A DNA stretch of 64,000 nucleotides from Bacteroidota bacterium (GTDB lineage: Bacteria; Bacteroidota; Ignavibacteria; UBA10030; UBA8401), in contig JAJYOK010000011.1 of NCBI GenBank assembly GCA_021796215.1, positions 4,747 through 68,746 of the forward strand, read 5' to 3'. The notes below the pieces were generated by a model. That model was not told the origin of the DNA. It saw only the letters and a list, made by a program, of their open reading frames with translations, and ran no database searches. Numbering within the stretch: position 1 is the first letter of the stretch; the number at the start of each line of letters is the position of its first letter. Below, piece by piece: positions 17,054 to 27,064 of this stretch. A program made the position numbers and the translations under genes.

Positions 17054-19399
17054 ATGAAAAGAAAGTTACTTGCAGTTGTCTCGACTACGGTACTTGCACT
17101 TCTGGTGGGCGTTGCCGCGGCATCAGCTCAAATGCATCCGGATTTCTTTTTGAATGCAAAACTTCAGTCCGATGGACATGTAAATTTGGAGTGGACTGCG
17201 CCAACAGGCGTGACTGTAAATTCATACATCGTGTATCGTGCAGATCTTGCCGTACCATACATGTCAGCAATGCCTGTCAACTTTGTTGCGATAGACACGA
17301 CACACGACACAAGTTACAGTGATTTTCCGCATTCCAGCTTTAGCGACTCGGCTTTCTTTGCGTATTATGTTTCCGCTCAAATAGATAGCGGAATGTCGTT
17401 ACGAAGTAATGTCGCAGTAATTAATAACTCAAGCTACGGCGGAGGAGAAGAAGATCACATAACGATCACCTCAACTCCAGTAACAAGCGGACAAATCGGT
17501 GTTGAATATACATATCAAGTCGTCGCACATTCTTCTGATTCTACTGCCACGCTTATGTATCGCCTTGACGATCATCCCTCCGGAATGAATATTGATTCCA
17601 CAGGATTCATTACATGGACGCCGATGCAACACGGCTGGTATGAAGTTGAAGTAGAAGTCAAATCAGACAAAGGCGGAGAAGCAGGGCAGCATTTCATGAT
17701 TCGTGTCGGTGCCGGCAATGGTACTGTTGCAGGAACAATTACAGATTCTTTAGGCAATCCGATTCGCCATGTGATGGTACAGCTCTTTCAACGCACACAA
17801 AATGAGCCTTTCGAATATTCTGCCATTACCGATTCCATCGGAACATACTCGGTTGACAAACTTGACTCGGGCACATATTTCGCCCGCGCGATTCCTCTTC
17901 GTTACGACTATTTACCGCAATGGTACAATGGCGCACAAAGTCGTACCGATGCCACACCAATCAACGTCGCTGATAATGCAACAACGACCGTCAACTTTAC
18001 ATTACAGGCGCGGGCAGCCGTTCTTCCGACATTCACCGTGCAAGGAATGGTTACCGATTCAGCAAACGCAGCAATCTCGAACGCGGCAGTATTTTTTGTG
18101 AGCGCAGGATTCGCATTAAATTCTCATGGAGACATCAGTAATCTTCATTGGTTCGACCGCGGAGACATTCAGGAAATGTTCGAGCACCATAACGAGGACA
18201 GCAGTAGGGATCATGATTTCAGCCTGGAAGGAAACTCGCGCTTCGTAACAAAAGCTAACGTCGACGCTTCCGGCAAATATTCCGCCACATTAACTCAAGG
18301 CTCGTATATTGCTTTTGCAGTTGCACCGGGTTACCAGCGGGTATTCTTCAACGGACAAAGCGATCCTCTTTCAGCAAATGTGATTGTGGTGAATTCAGAC
18401 ACAGCGGGAATCAATTTTGTCATGGCACCAAATCCGCCGCTCGTGCTCGGACAAATTAACGGATCGGTAATTGATTCCACAACCGGCACCGGAGCTGCTG
18501 CACGCATCATTGCGTATCGCGACCGCTGGACACATCCGGATACGATTATGGCGCCGCACACATTCTCCACAGATGCAGATTCAACCGGCAATTATTCATT
18601 GGCTGATTTGCCGCCGGGAGATTACATCGTCTTTGCAGTGCCGCTCGGCAATTATGTTCCGTCGTTCTACAGCACATCCGGGTCAACGCTTCACTGGAAG
18701 AATGCAACAAAAGTAACAGTCAACGGAACGACCGTCGCCGGAATCAACATCTATGTAAAGCCGCTGGTGAATCCTGCTCTCGGCTACACATCGGTGTATG
18801 GACAAATAACTGTCAACATCAACGCATCAGCGAGTTTGCAAAAAGCCGATGTGACCGCCGCTCTTTCAGGCGGAGTTGTGTACGCTCTCGATGCGAACGG
18901 TAATGTTGCAGGATACGGTTTTACAACATCAACAGGCAGTTACACGATTGTTGACCTTGCGCCGGGCACCTATACGGTCTCGACAGAAGCGCCGGGTTAC
19001 GACTCCGGCTCTTCCACAGCATCGCCAACATACGATGCGTCCGGAAATCCGCAGCCGGCAAACGCTTCCTACAGCGTGAATTCTCTTACGTTGGTCGGCA
19101 ATAACAACGGGCTGCAACCGAGCGGTTACGCGCTTGAACAAAATTATCCGAATCCGTTCAACCCGTCAACGCAAATTGTGTTCAGCATTCCGCAAGATCA
19201 ACGTGTAACGATAGCAGTTTTCAACATTCTCGGACAAAAAGTTGCCACGCTTCTTGATCGCACGCTCAGAGCAGGAACACATGTTGTGACATGGGCTGGC
19301 AAAGATGACAACGGATTTACTGCCCCATCCGGTGTCTATCTTTATAGAATTTCGACAGCAAACTTTACGGCAGTAAAAAAGATGATGCTGTTGAAGTAA
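17054..19399 (+). CDS. large secreted T9SS cargo protein with multiple CarbopepD_reg/Ig-like domains and C-terminal sorting domain
   Basis: 781 aa. Signal peptide (LLVGVAAASAQ). Repeated GxVxD..G.P..A.V...TDs.GtY modules. C-terminal NYPNPFNPSTQIVF...GVYLYRIST...MMLLK. Confidence 0.8.
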   Translation: MKRKLLAVVSTTVLALLVGVAAASAQMHPDFFLNAKLQSDGHVNLEWTAPTGVTVNSYIVYRADLAVPYMSAMPVNFVAIDTTHDTSYSDFPHSSFSDSAFFAYYVSAQIDSGMSLRSNVAVINNSSYGGGEEDHITITSTPVTSGQIGVEYTYQVVAHSSDSTATLMYRLDDHPSGMNIDSTGFITWTPMQHGWYEVEVEVKSDKGGEAGQHFMIRVGAGNGTVAGTITDSLGNPIRHVMVQLFQRTQNEPFEYSAITDSIGTYSVDKLDSGTYFARAIPLRYDYLPQWYNGAQSRTDATPINVADNATTTVNFTLQARAAVLPTFTVQGMVTDSANAAISNAAVFFVSAGFALNSHGDISNLHWFDRGDIQEMFEHHNEDSSRDHDFSLEGNSRFVTKANVDASGKYSATLTQGSYIAFAVAPGYQRVFFNGQSDPLSANVIVVNSDTAGINFVMAPNPPLVLGQINGSVIDSTTGTGAAARIIAYRDRWTHPDTIMAPHTFSTDADSTGNYSLADLPPGDYIVFAVPLGNYVPSFYSTSGSTLHWKNATKVTVNGTTVAGINIYVKPLVNPALGYTSVYGQITVNINASASLQKADVTAALSGGVVYALDANGNVAGYGFTTSTGSYTIVDLAPGTYTVSTEAPGYDSGSSTASPTYDASGNPQPANASYSVNSLTLVGNNNGLQPSGYALEQNYPNPFNPSTQIVFSIPQDQRVTIAVFNILGQKVATLLDRTLRAGTHVVTWAGKDDNGFTAPSGVYLYRISTANFTAVKKMMLLK

Positions 19400-19429
19400 C
19401 AAAAATTGGGGGGCGTTTCCAAAATCAGG

Positions 19430-19469
19430 CAAGGGACGTGCATGGATAGTGCACGCCCCTTGTTCTGTA
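19430..19469 (+). terminator. hairpin after the T9SS cargo gene (13-bp stem, 1 mismatch, 7-nt loop) followed by a weak U-tract
   Basis: CAAGGGACGTGCA-tggatag-TGCACGCCCCTTG then ttctgtat. Lies between the 17054 gene and the small OMP gene. Confidence 0.45.
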
Positions 19470-19487
19470 TAAGAAAGGAGAAAAACG

Positions 19488-20021
19488 ATGACACGATCAA
19501 CATTAAAAACCCGCCATATTTTATCTTTGAGCGGAAAAATATTCGCGCTCTTCATCTTCTGCGTCGCACTAGCCTCCGCACAAGACCGCGGGGTCGGCGT
19601 CGGTATCATTGTCGGCGAGCCGACAGGCATCAGCACGAAAATCTGGACATCGCAGACGAATGCCGTTGATATCGGAATTGGATGGTCGAGCGGAGACCAT
19701 TACTTGGTACGGATGGGAAACGGGTACTGGCAGTACGTGAACGACACGTACGTCCATTTCTATGCAGATTATCTCTGGCATTCATTCAATGCCATCCGGT
19801 CACAGGAACGCTTTCCGTTATACTACGGCGTCGGTATGACAATCCACAGCGGACAAATGTCGCCGTACAATTGGCTTGGAGTGCGGGGAACATTCGGCAT
19901 CGAATGGATGCCGCACCGCACGCCGATGGATGTATTTTTTGAAATCTCACCGACATTGCAGCTTGCCCCTTTCAGCACTTTCGGCTTCAATGCCGGACTC
20001 GGCACACGATTCTATTTTTAA
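19488..20021 (+). CDS. small outer-membrane beta-barrel protein (hypothetical)
   Basis: 177 aa. Signal peptide (IFALFIFCVALASAQ). Alternating aromatic/Gly-rich strands. C-terminal ...GLGTRFYF. Confidence 0.5.
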   Translation: MTRSTLKTRHILSLSGKIFALFIFCVALASAQDRGVGVGIIVGEPTGISTKIWTSQTNAVDIGIGWSSGDHYLVRMGNGYWQYVNDTYVHFYADYLWHSFNAIRSQERFPLYYGVGMTIHSGQMSPYNWLGVRGTFGIEWMPHRTPMDVFFEISPTLQLAPFSTFGFNAGLGTRFYF

Positions 20022-20043
20022 AGATGGATCAATGTACATACAG

Positions 20044-20075
20044 GCGGCGTGATTAAGAACGCCGCCTTTTTTATT
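20044..20075 (+). terminator. rho-independent terminator
   Basis: GGCGGCG-tgattaaga-CGCCGCC followed by TTTTTTATTTC. Confidence 0.7.
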
Positions 20076-20167
20076 TCTTCCCGTAAAGATGTTGCATCTC
20101 CCTTAATTTATTTTTAACTTTTGCAGTCCTACACTAACGAGCCGACTTTAAAACCTCCGGAGGGATT

Positions 20168-21880
20168 ATGTATCATATCCTCGTTCGATTCAACGCTCTG
20201 CTCATCGTGCTTGCAAGTTTCAATTCGCTCTATGCACAATCTTCAGCGATGCCTTATTTGAATCTCCCACGCGGCATTTACTCGTATAGCATTGGGAAGC
20301 AGGGTGTCACATCGCGCGACCCGGTGGACGCCATGCTCTACAATCCGGCAAATCTCGTTTTCGCTGCAAAACCGCAGCTAACCTTCAACAGACAGCCGGC
20401 ATTTATTCCGAACACATGGTTTTCTTCTTTATCGGCTTCAATGGATGTACCGGAGACCGGCTACTTTGGTTTTGAATATACAAATTACGATTTAGGCGAA
20501 TTCGTTCAGACATCCGATCAAGGACCTCAAGTGATTGCTACTTTCCATTCTTATGAGCAAGCATTTTCACTTGCGTACGCACGAAAATTTTCAAATGCAT
20601 TTTCCGCAGGTATTCAATTTCGTTATGCACTCGACCATTTTCCATCAATAGGAACAGCCTCTTCTTCTGGAATTGCTAACTATCCTGCATATTTGTTCAG
20701 CGGCGGTGTACGGTACGATCCTGTTGCTCTCAGGGATCGCTTTTCTTTCGGATATGCTTTGACGAATTTTGGCACAACTATCACTTACGGAGACCCTTCA
20801 CAAGCAGACCCTCCCCCCGCTCAAATGAATCTCGGAATTTCCGGCGACGCAATTAAAAATGAATTCATTACTATGACGCTTTCCATCGCCGCATCAAAAC
20901 CAGTTAATTACAGAGCATGGAATCCCGCCACCCAAACGCACGAAGCGGAATCTTCTTTCAAAGCATTCTTCGACGATTGGCAGCACACGCCGGACGATAT
21001 TGATTTTCATAGCGGACTTTCCTTTTCGTGGAATCCGATTTCGCTGGGAAATGGCTTCTCATATTTTCAGTCTATGTATCTCGGCGAAATTTCAGGCGGA
21101 TCGTATTATGGACTTGCAGACCAATTTACGCACGGCGCTGAAATAGGCCTAAGCTGGAATGATATACAACTTGCACTTGGTTATGCCGGAACGTGGCATT
21201 ATGTTAATCAGGAAGACGCCGCGTCTTTTAGAGCGTTTATGTCGCTGCCGCAGGAAGATGTGCAGCTTTCACTCAGTGCGCCGCTTTCATCATTCCAACG
21301 GGAAAAAAATACCAGTATACAGCCGCCTAAACTTTCACGAATTATTCTTTCAGCCGGAGTGACACGCATGATACGCTTCGGACATTTCCATACTTCTGAG
21401 TCTTATGGTGCCGGTCAGTATTTCCCTAACACTTACGGCTACGGAATCGAAGCGGCATTTTATGTTACGAAAACTTCCGCACTTGTCTCATCCTTTTCGT
21501 ACACACAAATGGATGATGAAGTTTACTATCTCGGCAATAATGGGAAGCGGTATACAAACTTCACTGCACAGATAGACAACCTCTCTTTCGCATCGTCATA
21601 TCGAAATTATCCGCTCACAGCGTTCTTTCCGTTTTTCTATGAAGTCGGTCTGGGAATTACACGGTGGGAAAGCAGGAAAGAAAAAATGATCCCAAAGTAT
21701 TATTATAAGACCTTTGCCTGTGGAGGAATCGGTGCGCTCGTAAAGATAATAAACAACGTTGAGCTGATTCCTAAGGTGGGATTCCAAAGCACACTTATGC
21801 CCGTTACCGGAAATGCACCGCGCATCGGCGGCTACAATCAGTGGAATTTTTCTCTCAACGCCGGCTACAGTTTTGAATGA
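20168..21880 (+). CDS. outer-membrane beta-barrel protein (hypothetical; signal peptide)
   Basis: 570 aa. Signal LLIVLASFNSLYAQ. Tyr/Gly-rich amphipathic strands throughout, ends ...NAGYSFE. SD GGAGGG present. Confidence 0.5.
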   Translation: MYHILVRFNALLIVLASFNSLYAQSSAMPYLNLPRGIYSYSIGKQGVTSRDPVDAMLYNPANLVFAAKPQLTFNRQPAFIPNTWFSSLSASMDVPETGYFGFEYTNYDLGEFVQTSDQGPQVIATFHSYEQAFSLAYARKFSNAFSAGIQFRYALDHFPSIGTASSSGIANYPAYLFSGGVRYDPVALRDRFSFGYALTNFGTTITYGDPSQADPPPAQMNLGISGDAIKNEFITMTLSIAASKPVNYRAWNPATQTHEAESSFKAFFDDWQHTPDDIDFHSGLSFSWNPISLGNGFSYFQSMYLGEISGGSYYGLADQFTHGAEIGLSWNDIQLALGYAGTWHYVNQEDAASFRAFMSLPQEDVQLSLSAPLSSFQREKNTSIQPPKLSRIILSAGVTRMIRFGHFHTSESYGAGQYFPNTYGYGIEAAFYVTKTSALVSSFSYTQMDDEVYYLGNNGKRYTNFTAQIDNLSFASSYRNYPLTAFFPFFYEVGLGITRWESRKEKMIPKYYYKTFACGGIGALVKIINNVELIPKVGFQSTLMPVTGNAPRIGGYNQWNFSLNAGYSFE

Positions 21881-23157
21881 TGAGTGATCAATTTCCCATC
21901 ATCATTATTGGCGGCGGAGCGGCAGGAATGATTGCCGCATGGCGTGCGGGTTCGCTCGGCGCAAAAGTTCTTTTGCTTGAAAAGAATTCCCGCCTCGGCA
22001 TCAAGCTTCTTATTTCCGGCGGAGGGAAATGCAACATCACACACGGCGGCGGCATGGAACCTCTCCGCCTTCAGTTCCGCACAAACGAAGCACGCTTTCT
22101 CAAACACTCGTTCCACGAATTCACCAACAGCGATATTCTTGCACTGCTCAATGAGCGCGGCGTTGCAACGTACGAACGTGAGAACGGTAAGATCTTCCCC
22201 GTCAGCCATAAAGCGGGCGACGTGGTTCATGCGCTTCGCCGGATGATGGAAAGCGCCGGTGTGGAGATCAGACTTTCAAGTGCAGTGCAGGAAATTCTTC
22301 ACGACGAGCATGGCATCAGCGGTGTGAATGTGAACGGCGTCGTTCTTCCTTCACGGAATGTAATCATTGCCGCCGGAGGAAGTTCGTACGCAAAAACAGG
22401 AACCACCGGCGACGGATTCCGGTGGGCTGAATCGCTCGGACACACAATTGTTCCGCTTCGTCCTGCGCTTGCGCCAATTTACCTTTCACCGCCGCCTCCC
22501 GCAGAATTACAAGGCGTTGCGCTGCGCGATTGCGTTCTGAATGCAGAAATACAAAAAAGAACAATTGCGCACTGGCGCGGAGATTTGCTTTTCACACACG
22601 TTGGCATTTCCGGTCCGGCTGCGCTTGAAGTAAGCAGAGATGCTTACGTTGCTTTTGAAAGCGGCACTGAAGTAACGCTTGCCGTAGATTGCGTGCCGGA
22701 GAAAAGTAATGAACAGCTTGAAAGAGAATTCTTAGAGCATGTTGCAGAAAACGGAACACGGCAGGTGGAAACGATTGTCGGGCAAAATGTTCCTCAGCGC
22801 CTTGCACCGTATGTTGTGCAAGCGGCGGGAATCGAATCGGGTCGAAAACTCCATCAGCTCAAAAAGAAAGAACGGCAGGCAATTGCGAACGCACTCAAAC
22901 AGTGGCGCATCGGCACTGTAAAAGAAATCCCTCTCGACCGCGGCGAAGTCACCGCCGGCGGAGTGAGCTTAAAAGAAGTTGATCCGCGCACGATGCGGTC
23001 GCGCATCATCAACGGATTATTTCTCTGCGGAGAAGTTCTTGATATTGCGGGACCTGTTGGCGGTTACAATTTGCAGGGGGCTTTTTCAACGGGATATGTT
23101 GCAGGCGAAGCTGCTGCTGCGTTACAAGCATCTATCTTAAAAAACAATGAACAATGA
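21877..23157 (+). CDS. NAD(P)/FAD-dependent oxidoreductase, HI0933/BaiN (aminoacetone oxidase-like) family
   Basis: IIIIGGGAAGMIAA Rossmann motif, LISGGGKCNITH. ATGA overlap with the upstream OMP gene. Confidence 0.85.
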   Translation: MMSDQFPIIIIGGGAAGMIAAWRAGSLGAKVLLLEKNSRLGIKLLISGGGKCNITHGGGMEPLRLQFRTNEARFLKHSFHEFTNSDILALLNERGVATYERENGKIFPVSHKAGDVVHALRRMMESAGVEIRLSSAVQEILHDEHGISGVNVNGVVLPSRNVIIAAGGSSYAKTGTTGDGFRWAESLGHTIVPLRPALAPIYLSPPPPAELQGVALRDCVLNAEIQKRTIAHWRGDLLFTHVGISGPAALEVSRDAYVAFESGTEVTLAVDCVPEKSNEQLEREFLEHVAENGTRQVETIVGQNVPQRLAPYVVQAAGIESGRKLHQLKKKERQAIANALKQWRIGTVKEIPLDRGEVTAGGVSLKEVDPRTMRSRIINGLFLCGEVLDIAGPVGGYNLQGAFSTGYVAGEAAAALQASILKNNEQ

Positions 23158-23205
23158 CTGAAGTTACGCAAAATGATATCTTTGTCGGTCAAACCGAGTT
23201 TCGTC

Positions 23206-23266
23206 ATTCCCGCCCACCTGCCAAAGCGAAGCGGCGGACAGGCGAAGGCGGGAATCCATGTTTTTT
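23206..23266 (+). terminator. terminator-like hairpin with U-tract
   Basis: ATTCCCGCC...GGCGGGAAT 9-bp stem (long 32-nt loop) followed by TTTTTT at 23261-23266, about 50 nt after the oxidoreductase stop. Confidence 0.45.
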
Positions 23267-23281
23267 AGTGTAAATTCCATA

Positions 23282-23316
23282 AATAGATTCCCGACAAAAA
23301 CATTCGGGAATAACAT
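23282..23316. repeat. conserved 33-nt intergenic hairpin element, copy 2
   Basis: AGATTCCCGACAAAAACATTCGGGAATAAC. Lies about 117 nt downstream of the minus-strand gene ending at 23433. Confidence 0.55.
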
Positions 23317-23432
23317 TTTCTTGTTTTGCGGAATTTCATACAATTACCAATTACCGTACGATGATAACGGTAATTGGTAGTTGTTCATTGACAATTTGCG
23401 TTAAAGGCTCACGCCTGTGGCTGAACTCGTTG

Positions 23433-25022
23433 TTACTTCAACAGAATCATTTGCTTCGATTCTGTAAAGCTTCCGGCGCGCACTGTGTAGAAGTACATTC
23501 CTGAACCGAGTTTGCTTCCGTCAAATTGCACTTCGTACGTTCCCGGTGCTTTTCGTTCATTCACCAGTGTTGCCACTTCTCTTCCCAGCACATCATAAAC
23601 TTTCAGTACCACATTCTGACTGCCGGCTACTGAATACTGAATACTCGTTGAGGGATTGAATGGATTAGGATAATTCTGTCCAAGAGAAAATTTCAGCGGC
23701 TGCACGCGCTGTTGATCTGCCACACCCGTTGTCGTGATGTTAATGATCACTCCCGTATCGCCCGGATGAGCCGTGACATCCGGAAAATTGTATTGAGTTG
23801 TCGTTTGGAAATTTTCTACAATCCGATAATTGAAAATCTTGTTGCTCACTGGTATCGAGAAATTACCTGTTCCGCTGTCGCACCATGTAGATGCCTGTGC
23901 AGTATCCTGATTTTGCGCCATTAGTTGAATCGGGAAACCGGGAGCGTTTCCATCAATCTCAACTTTTCCTTGTATTGAAGAATTGACGCTGTAGATGACC
24001 AAATGCTTAAACACGCTGTCTCCTGCGGCAAGCGACGGTACTTGTGCAACTGCATCAAGGAGCGAGCCGGTTTGTCCATTATTATTTTGTTCATACACCT
24101 GAAGTGTCCACGCCGTTCCCGCAATCAAGTCCGAGCTTTGCGCGCCGATGAGGAAAAGCCCGTTGACATCGGTTCTTCCGCCATACTGAATATTCGAACC
24201 GCTATTGTCATTTCTAAATAACTCAACATCCTGACCCACAACCGCGGCTCCATTTTCATCTTTCACAGTTCCATCTACCTGAGCAGCGGCGGCAACGATG
24301 GAAAAATTAATGCTCGACAGATTACCGTTAATAATGATATCCTGTTCGCCCGGAGTAACAATAGCAGGGGCAAACGGATTATTGCTGACGCGGACTTTCC
24401 ACGGATTTCCTGCAGTATCTGCGTCCATCTCAATTGTATAATTACCGTTCCCATCAGCATGTCCAACCCAAAAGGGATTATTGTTTTTTCCACTGCTTGG
24501 CTCTGCTTGGACAAGAAGGTCTGCCGGATTTTTGCCTGACGGCACCGTTACGGTGCCAGAGATGGTATGAGCGGGAGAGGATAAATGATTTACAAATCCG
24601 CTCACACTATCAGTTACACCACCTTCTGTAAATTTCAATATATAGGGTCCCGGCGCAAGTCCGATCGGCGAGCTGAAGAAAACCGCACCGTTTACTGTGC
24701 CATCCATATCGGGCGGACCGCCATTTCCATTTGTATCACCGTCCGCTTGTGTAAAACTCTGCCAAAGAATATAATGATTAGCGGAATTTATTGCGTTTGC
24801 TTCAACCAAGTACCAAAGCTCTACTGTGGCACTGGCTCCATTGGGAGAAACGTTGTAACTCCATGTTACCGTATCTCCTGATGTCACCGTAAAACTCGTA
24901 GAAGAGCCATTCACTTTCAAATTGGAAATCTGCGCTGAAGATTTCATCGGGAAAATCACCAACGCAAAAAAGCACAACAATGGGATAAGGCTCCACCGTC
25001 GTAACAAAAAACGAGACTTCAT
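23433..25022 (-). CDS. secreted protein with T9SS C-terminal sorting domain (hypothetical)
   Basis: Start at MKSRFLLRRWSLIPLLCFFALVIF (ATG 25022). C-terminal NYPNPFNPSTSIQY...GMYFYTVRAG...MILLK. Confidence 0.75.
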   Translation of the reverse strand: MKSRFLLRRWSLIPLLCFFALVIFPMKSSAQISNLKVNGSSTSFTVTSGDTVTWSYNVSPNGASATVELWYLVEANAINSANHYILWQSFTQADGDTNGNGGPPDMDGTVNGAVFFSSPIGLAPGPYILKFTEGGVTDSVSGFVNHLSSPAHTISGTVTVPSGKNPADLLVQAEPSSGKNNNPFWVGHADGNGNYTIEMDADTAGNPWKVRVSNNPFAPAIVTPGEQDIIINGNLSSINFSIVAAAAQVDGTVKDENGAAVVGQDVELFRNDNSGSNIQYGGRTDVNGLFLIGAQSSDLIAGTAWTLQVYEQNNNGQTGSLLDAVAQVPSLAAGDSVFKHLVIYSVNSSIQGKVEIDGNAPGFPIQLMAQNQDTAQASTWCDSGTGNFSIPVSNKIFNYRIVENFQTTTQYNFPDVTAHPGDTGVIINITTTGVADQQRVQPLKFSLGQNYPNPFNPSTSIQYSVAGSQNVVLKVYDVLGREVATLVNERKAPGTYEVQFDGSKLGSGMYFYTVRAGSFTESKQMILLK

Positions 25023-25336
25023 ACAACCTCCTGTAAAATTATGAATAAGGGATAACACAAACTTTGTTCGTTGGGAAATAAGAAATTACTGTTACTGGAA
25101 TAATTTCATAAATAATCAGAATTTTCGAATTGCAGGTGTTTATCGAAGGTTGCGGAAATTTATTTCGTGCGGCTGTGATGCAGGGCAAACATTAGTCCCA
25201 CCCATCGAAAAACTTATTCAACACGTCCTTTGCTGCTTCTCTTACTCCTATAAAGCAATTATTAATTGCAATATACACTTTTTCGGATTGTGTGCAAATG
25301 GGATGTATTCTCAGCGGATGAAATGATTCTACGTTC

Positions 25337-25831
25337 TTATCCTTTATTCCCTTTATCCCCTGTGAATCGGTTTCGTTCATAATCTCGAAAGATAAATCCT
25401 TCGTGCTTTTCTTCATTTGTCAGAGTGAACGAAGAAGAAACCAATTCCTCATACGGCGGAAAAAAAGTGTCGCCCTCAGCTTCCTGCAGAACAATCGTCA
25501 GATACAATCGGCTTGCTTTGTCAAGCGTTTGCGCGTAAATCTCTCCGCCGCCGATCACGAACACATTTTCCAAATCAGAAAGCGCCGCAAGCGCCTTGTC
25601 GAGCGAATCGTATGTTTCCACACCGGGAATCCAGTGCGATGTAACAACGACATTGCGCCGGTTCGATAACGGCTTTCCGATTGCTTCGAAAGTCTTCCGT
25701 CCCATCAGAATGCAATGCCCCGTCGTAAGGCTCCGGAACCGTTTCAAATCTTCGTGAATTTTCCACGGAAGTTTTCCCTCTTTGCCGATAACGCGGGAAG
25801 GTGTGAGTGCCGCAATGATATTCAGCTTCAC
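25337..25831 (-). CDS. folA: dihydrofolate reductase
   Basis: 164 aa with IGKEGKLPW, LMGRKTF, VIGGGEIY motifs. Confidence 0.92.
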   Translation of the reverse strand: MKLNIIAALTPSRVIGKEGKLPWKIHEDLKRFRSLTTGHCILMGRKTFEAIGKPLSNRRNVVVTSHWIPGVETYDSLDKALAALSDLENVFVIGGGEIYAQTLDKASRLYLTIVLQEAEGDTFFPPYEELVSSSFTLTNEEKHEGFIFRDYERNRFTGDKGNKG

Positions 25832-26640
25832 ACTGCAACCTCGAATTTGATCGGCTCATCGCATTCGTAGCCGGTGAGTGTGAAATCTTCATACTGCAAT
25901 TCGTCGAGCGGTTTTTTTGCTATGATGAGTTTCGGCCGCGGCTTCGGCGTGCGTTTAAGCTGTTCCTTCAATCCTTCAATATGATTGACGTAAATATGTG
26001 CATCAACGATTGTGTGACTGAAGTAACCGGTTTCCATGCCGGCCTCCTGCGCAATTGCCTGCGTCAATAATGAATACGCCGCAATGTTGAACGGAATGCC
26101 GAGCGCAATATCGCCGGAGCGCTGCGTGAGATGACAATTGAGCTTGTTCCCCTGAACGTTGAATGCAAATGTATAATGGCACGGCGGAAGCTTGCTGCGA
26201 AACGCATTGCCCGGCTCCCACGCTGAGATGACCATGCGGCGCGAATTCGGATTTGTTTTAAGAAGTTTGATGACCTCGCCGATTTGATCAACTTCTTTCA
26301 CTTCGTATTTGCCCGTTGTTGGATTGATCTCTGCACTGGGAAATCTTCTCCAATATCGTCCGTATGCCGTATCGAGATTTCCGTTTTCGTCTGCCCATGC
26401 GTCCCAAATTTTTGTTTTTGTTCGAAGATTTCTGATATGGTCTTCGCCGGAGAGATACCACAGCACTTCATAGAGCAGCGACTTGATCTGCATCTTTTTT
26501 GTCGTCAGCAAAGGAAAGCCTTCGCTCAGATCAATGGTATAATGTTCCGCAAAGCAGGAAATTGTATCAACTCCGGTGCGGTTATGTTTTAATGTGCCCT
26601 TCGAAAGCACCCGCTCGACTAGGTCTAAATATTCTCTCAT
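25828..26640 (-). CDS. thyA: thymidylate synthase
   Basis: 270 aa. PPCHYTFAFNV (catalytic Cys), DAHIYVNH. ATGA overlap with folA. Confidence 0.95.
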   Translation of the reverse strand: MREYLDLVERVLSKGTLKHNRTGVDTISCFAEHYTIDLSEGFPLLTTKKMQIKSLLYEVLWYLSGEDHIRNLRTKTKIWDAWADENGNLDTAYGRYWRRFPSAEINPTTGKYEVKEVDQIGEVIKLLKTNPNSRRMVISAWEPGNAFRSKLPPCHYTFAFNVQGNKLNCHLTQRSGDIALGIPFNIAAYSLLTQAIAQEAGMETGYFSHTIVDAHIYVNHIEGLKEQLKRTPKPRPKLIIAKKPLDELQYEDFTLTGYECDEPIKFEVAV

Positions 26641-26650
26641 GCAATCTCCA

Positions 26651-27064
26651 TCATTGAGAAGGAAGTGTCCGTTTTTTCATTATCGCGCTTGCAATGTATG
26701 TGAACAATCCGGCAACAAGGCCCGTCCCCGCACCAATGATCGGTCCCACAATTAACATCATGACCTGAGGAGGGATAGAGTGCGGGAATTTCTGGTAGCT
26801 GGCAACCATATCAGGATTGTTTGCCATGTATGTAGAAAAGAATAAAGAATGTATAATGGCAATCCACACTCCATTAATTACACTGACAAGAAAGCCGTGA
26901 AGAAAAAATCTATCCTCAATTCTTTTTGCAATCACAATTGCGTAGAGAACAAAAATCACAAGCCATATCAACGGCTCAATCTTCCCCATCCATCCAAACA
27001 CTCCGGCAATTGCCATTGCTATGCCGGTAAGCGACAGGCTAAAAATCAGTTTCCATTTAATCAT
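26651..27064 (-). CDS. small integral membrane protein (4 TM, DUF4199-like), hypothetical
   Basis: 137 aa, four hydrophobic segments. Confidence 0.45.
   Translation of the reverse strand: MIKWKLIFSLSLTGIAMAIAGVFGWMGKIEPLIWLVIFVLYAIVIAKRIEDRFFLHGFLVSVINGVWIAIIHSLFFSTYMANNPDMVASYQKFPHSIPPQVMMLIVGPIIGAGTGLVAGLFTYIASAIMKKRTLPSQ

Noticed and set aside
25192-25416. 74-aa minus-strand ORF overlapping the 3' end of folA
   Set aside because: Overlaps folA in another frame, no motifs. The region is more plausibly the promoter/5'UTR of the 541-aa T9SS gene.
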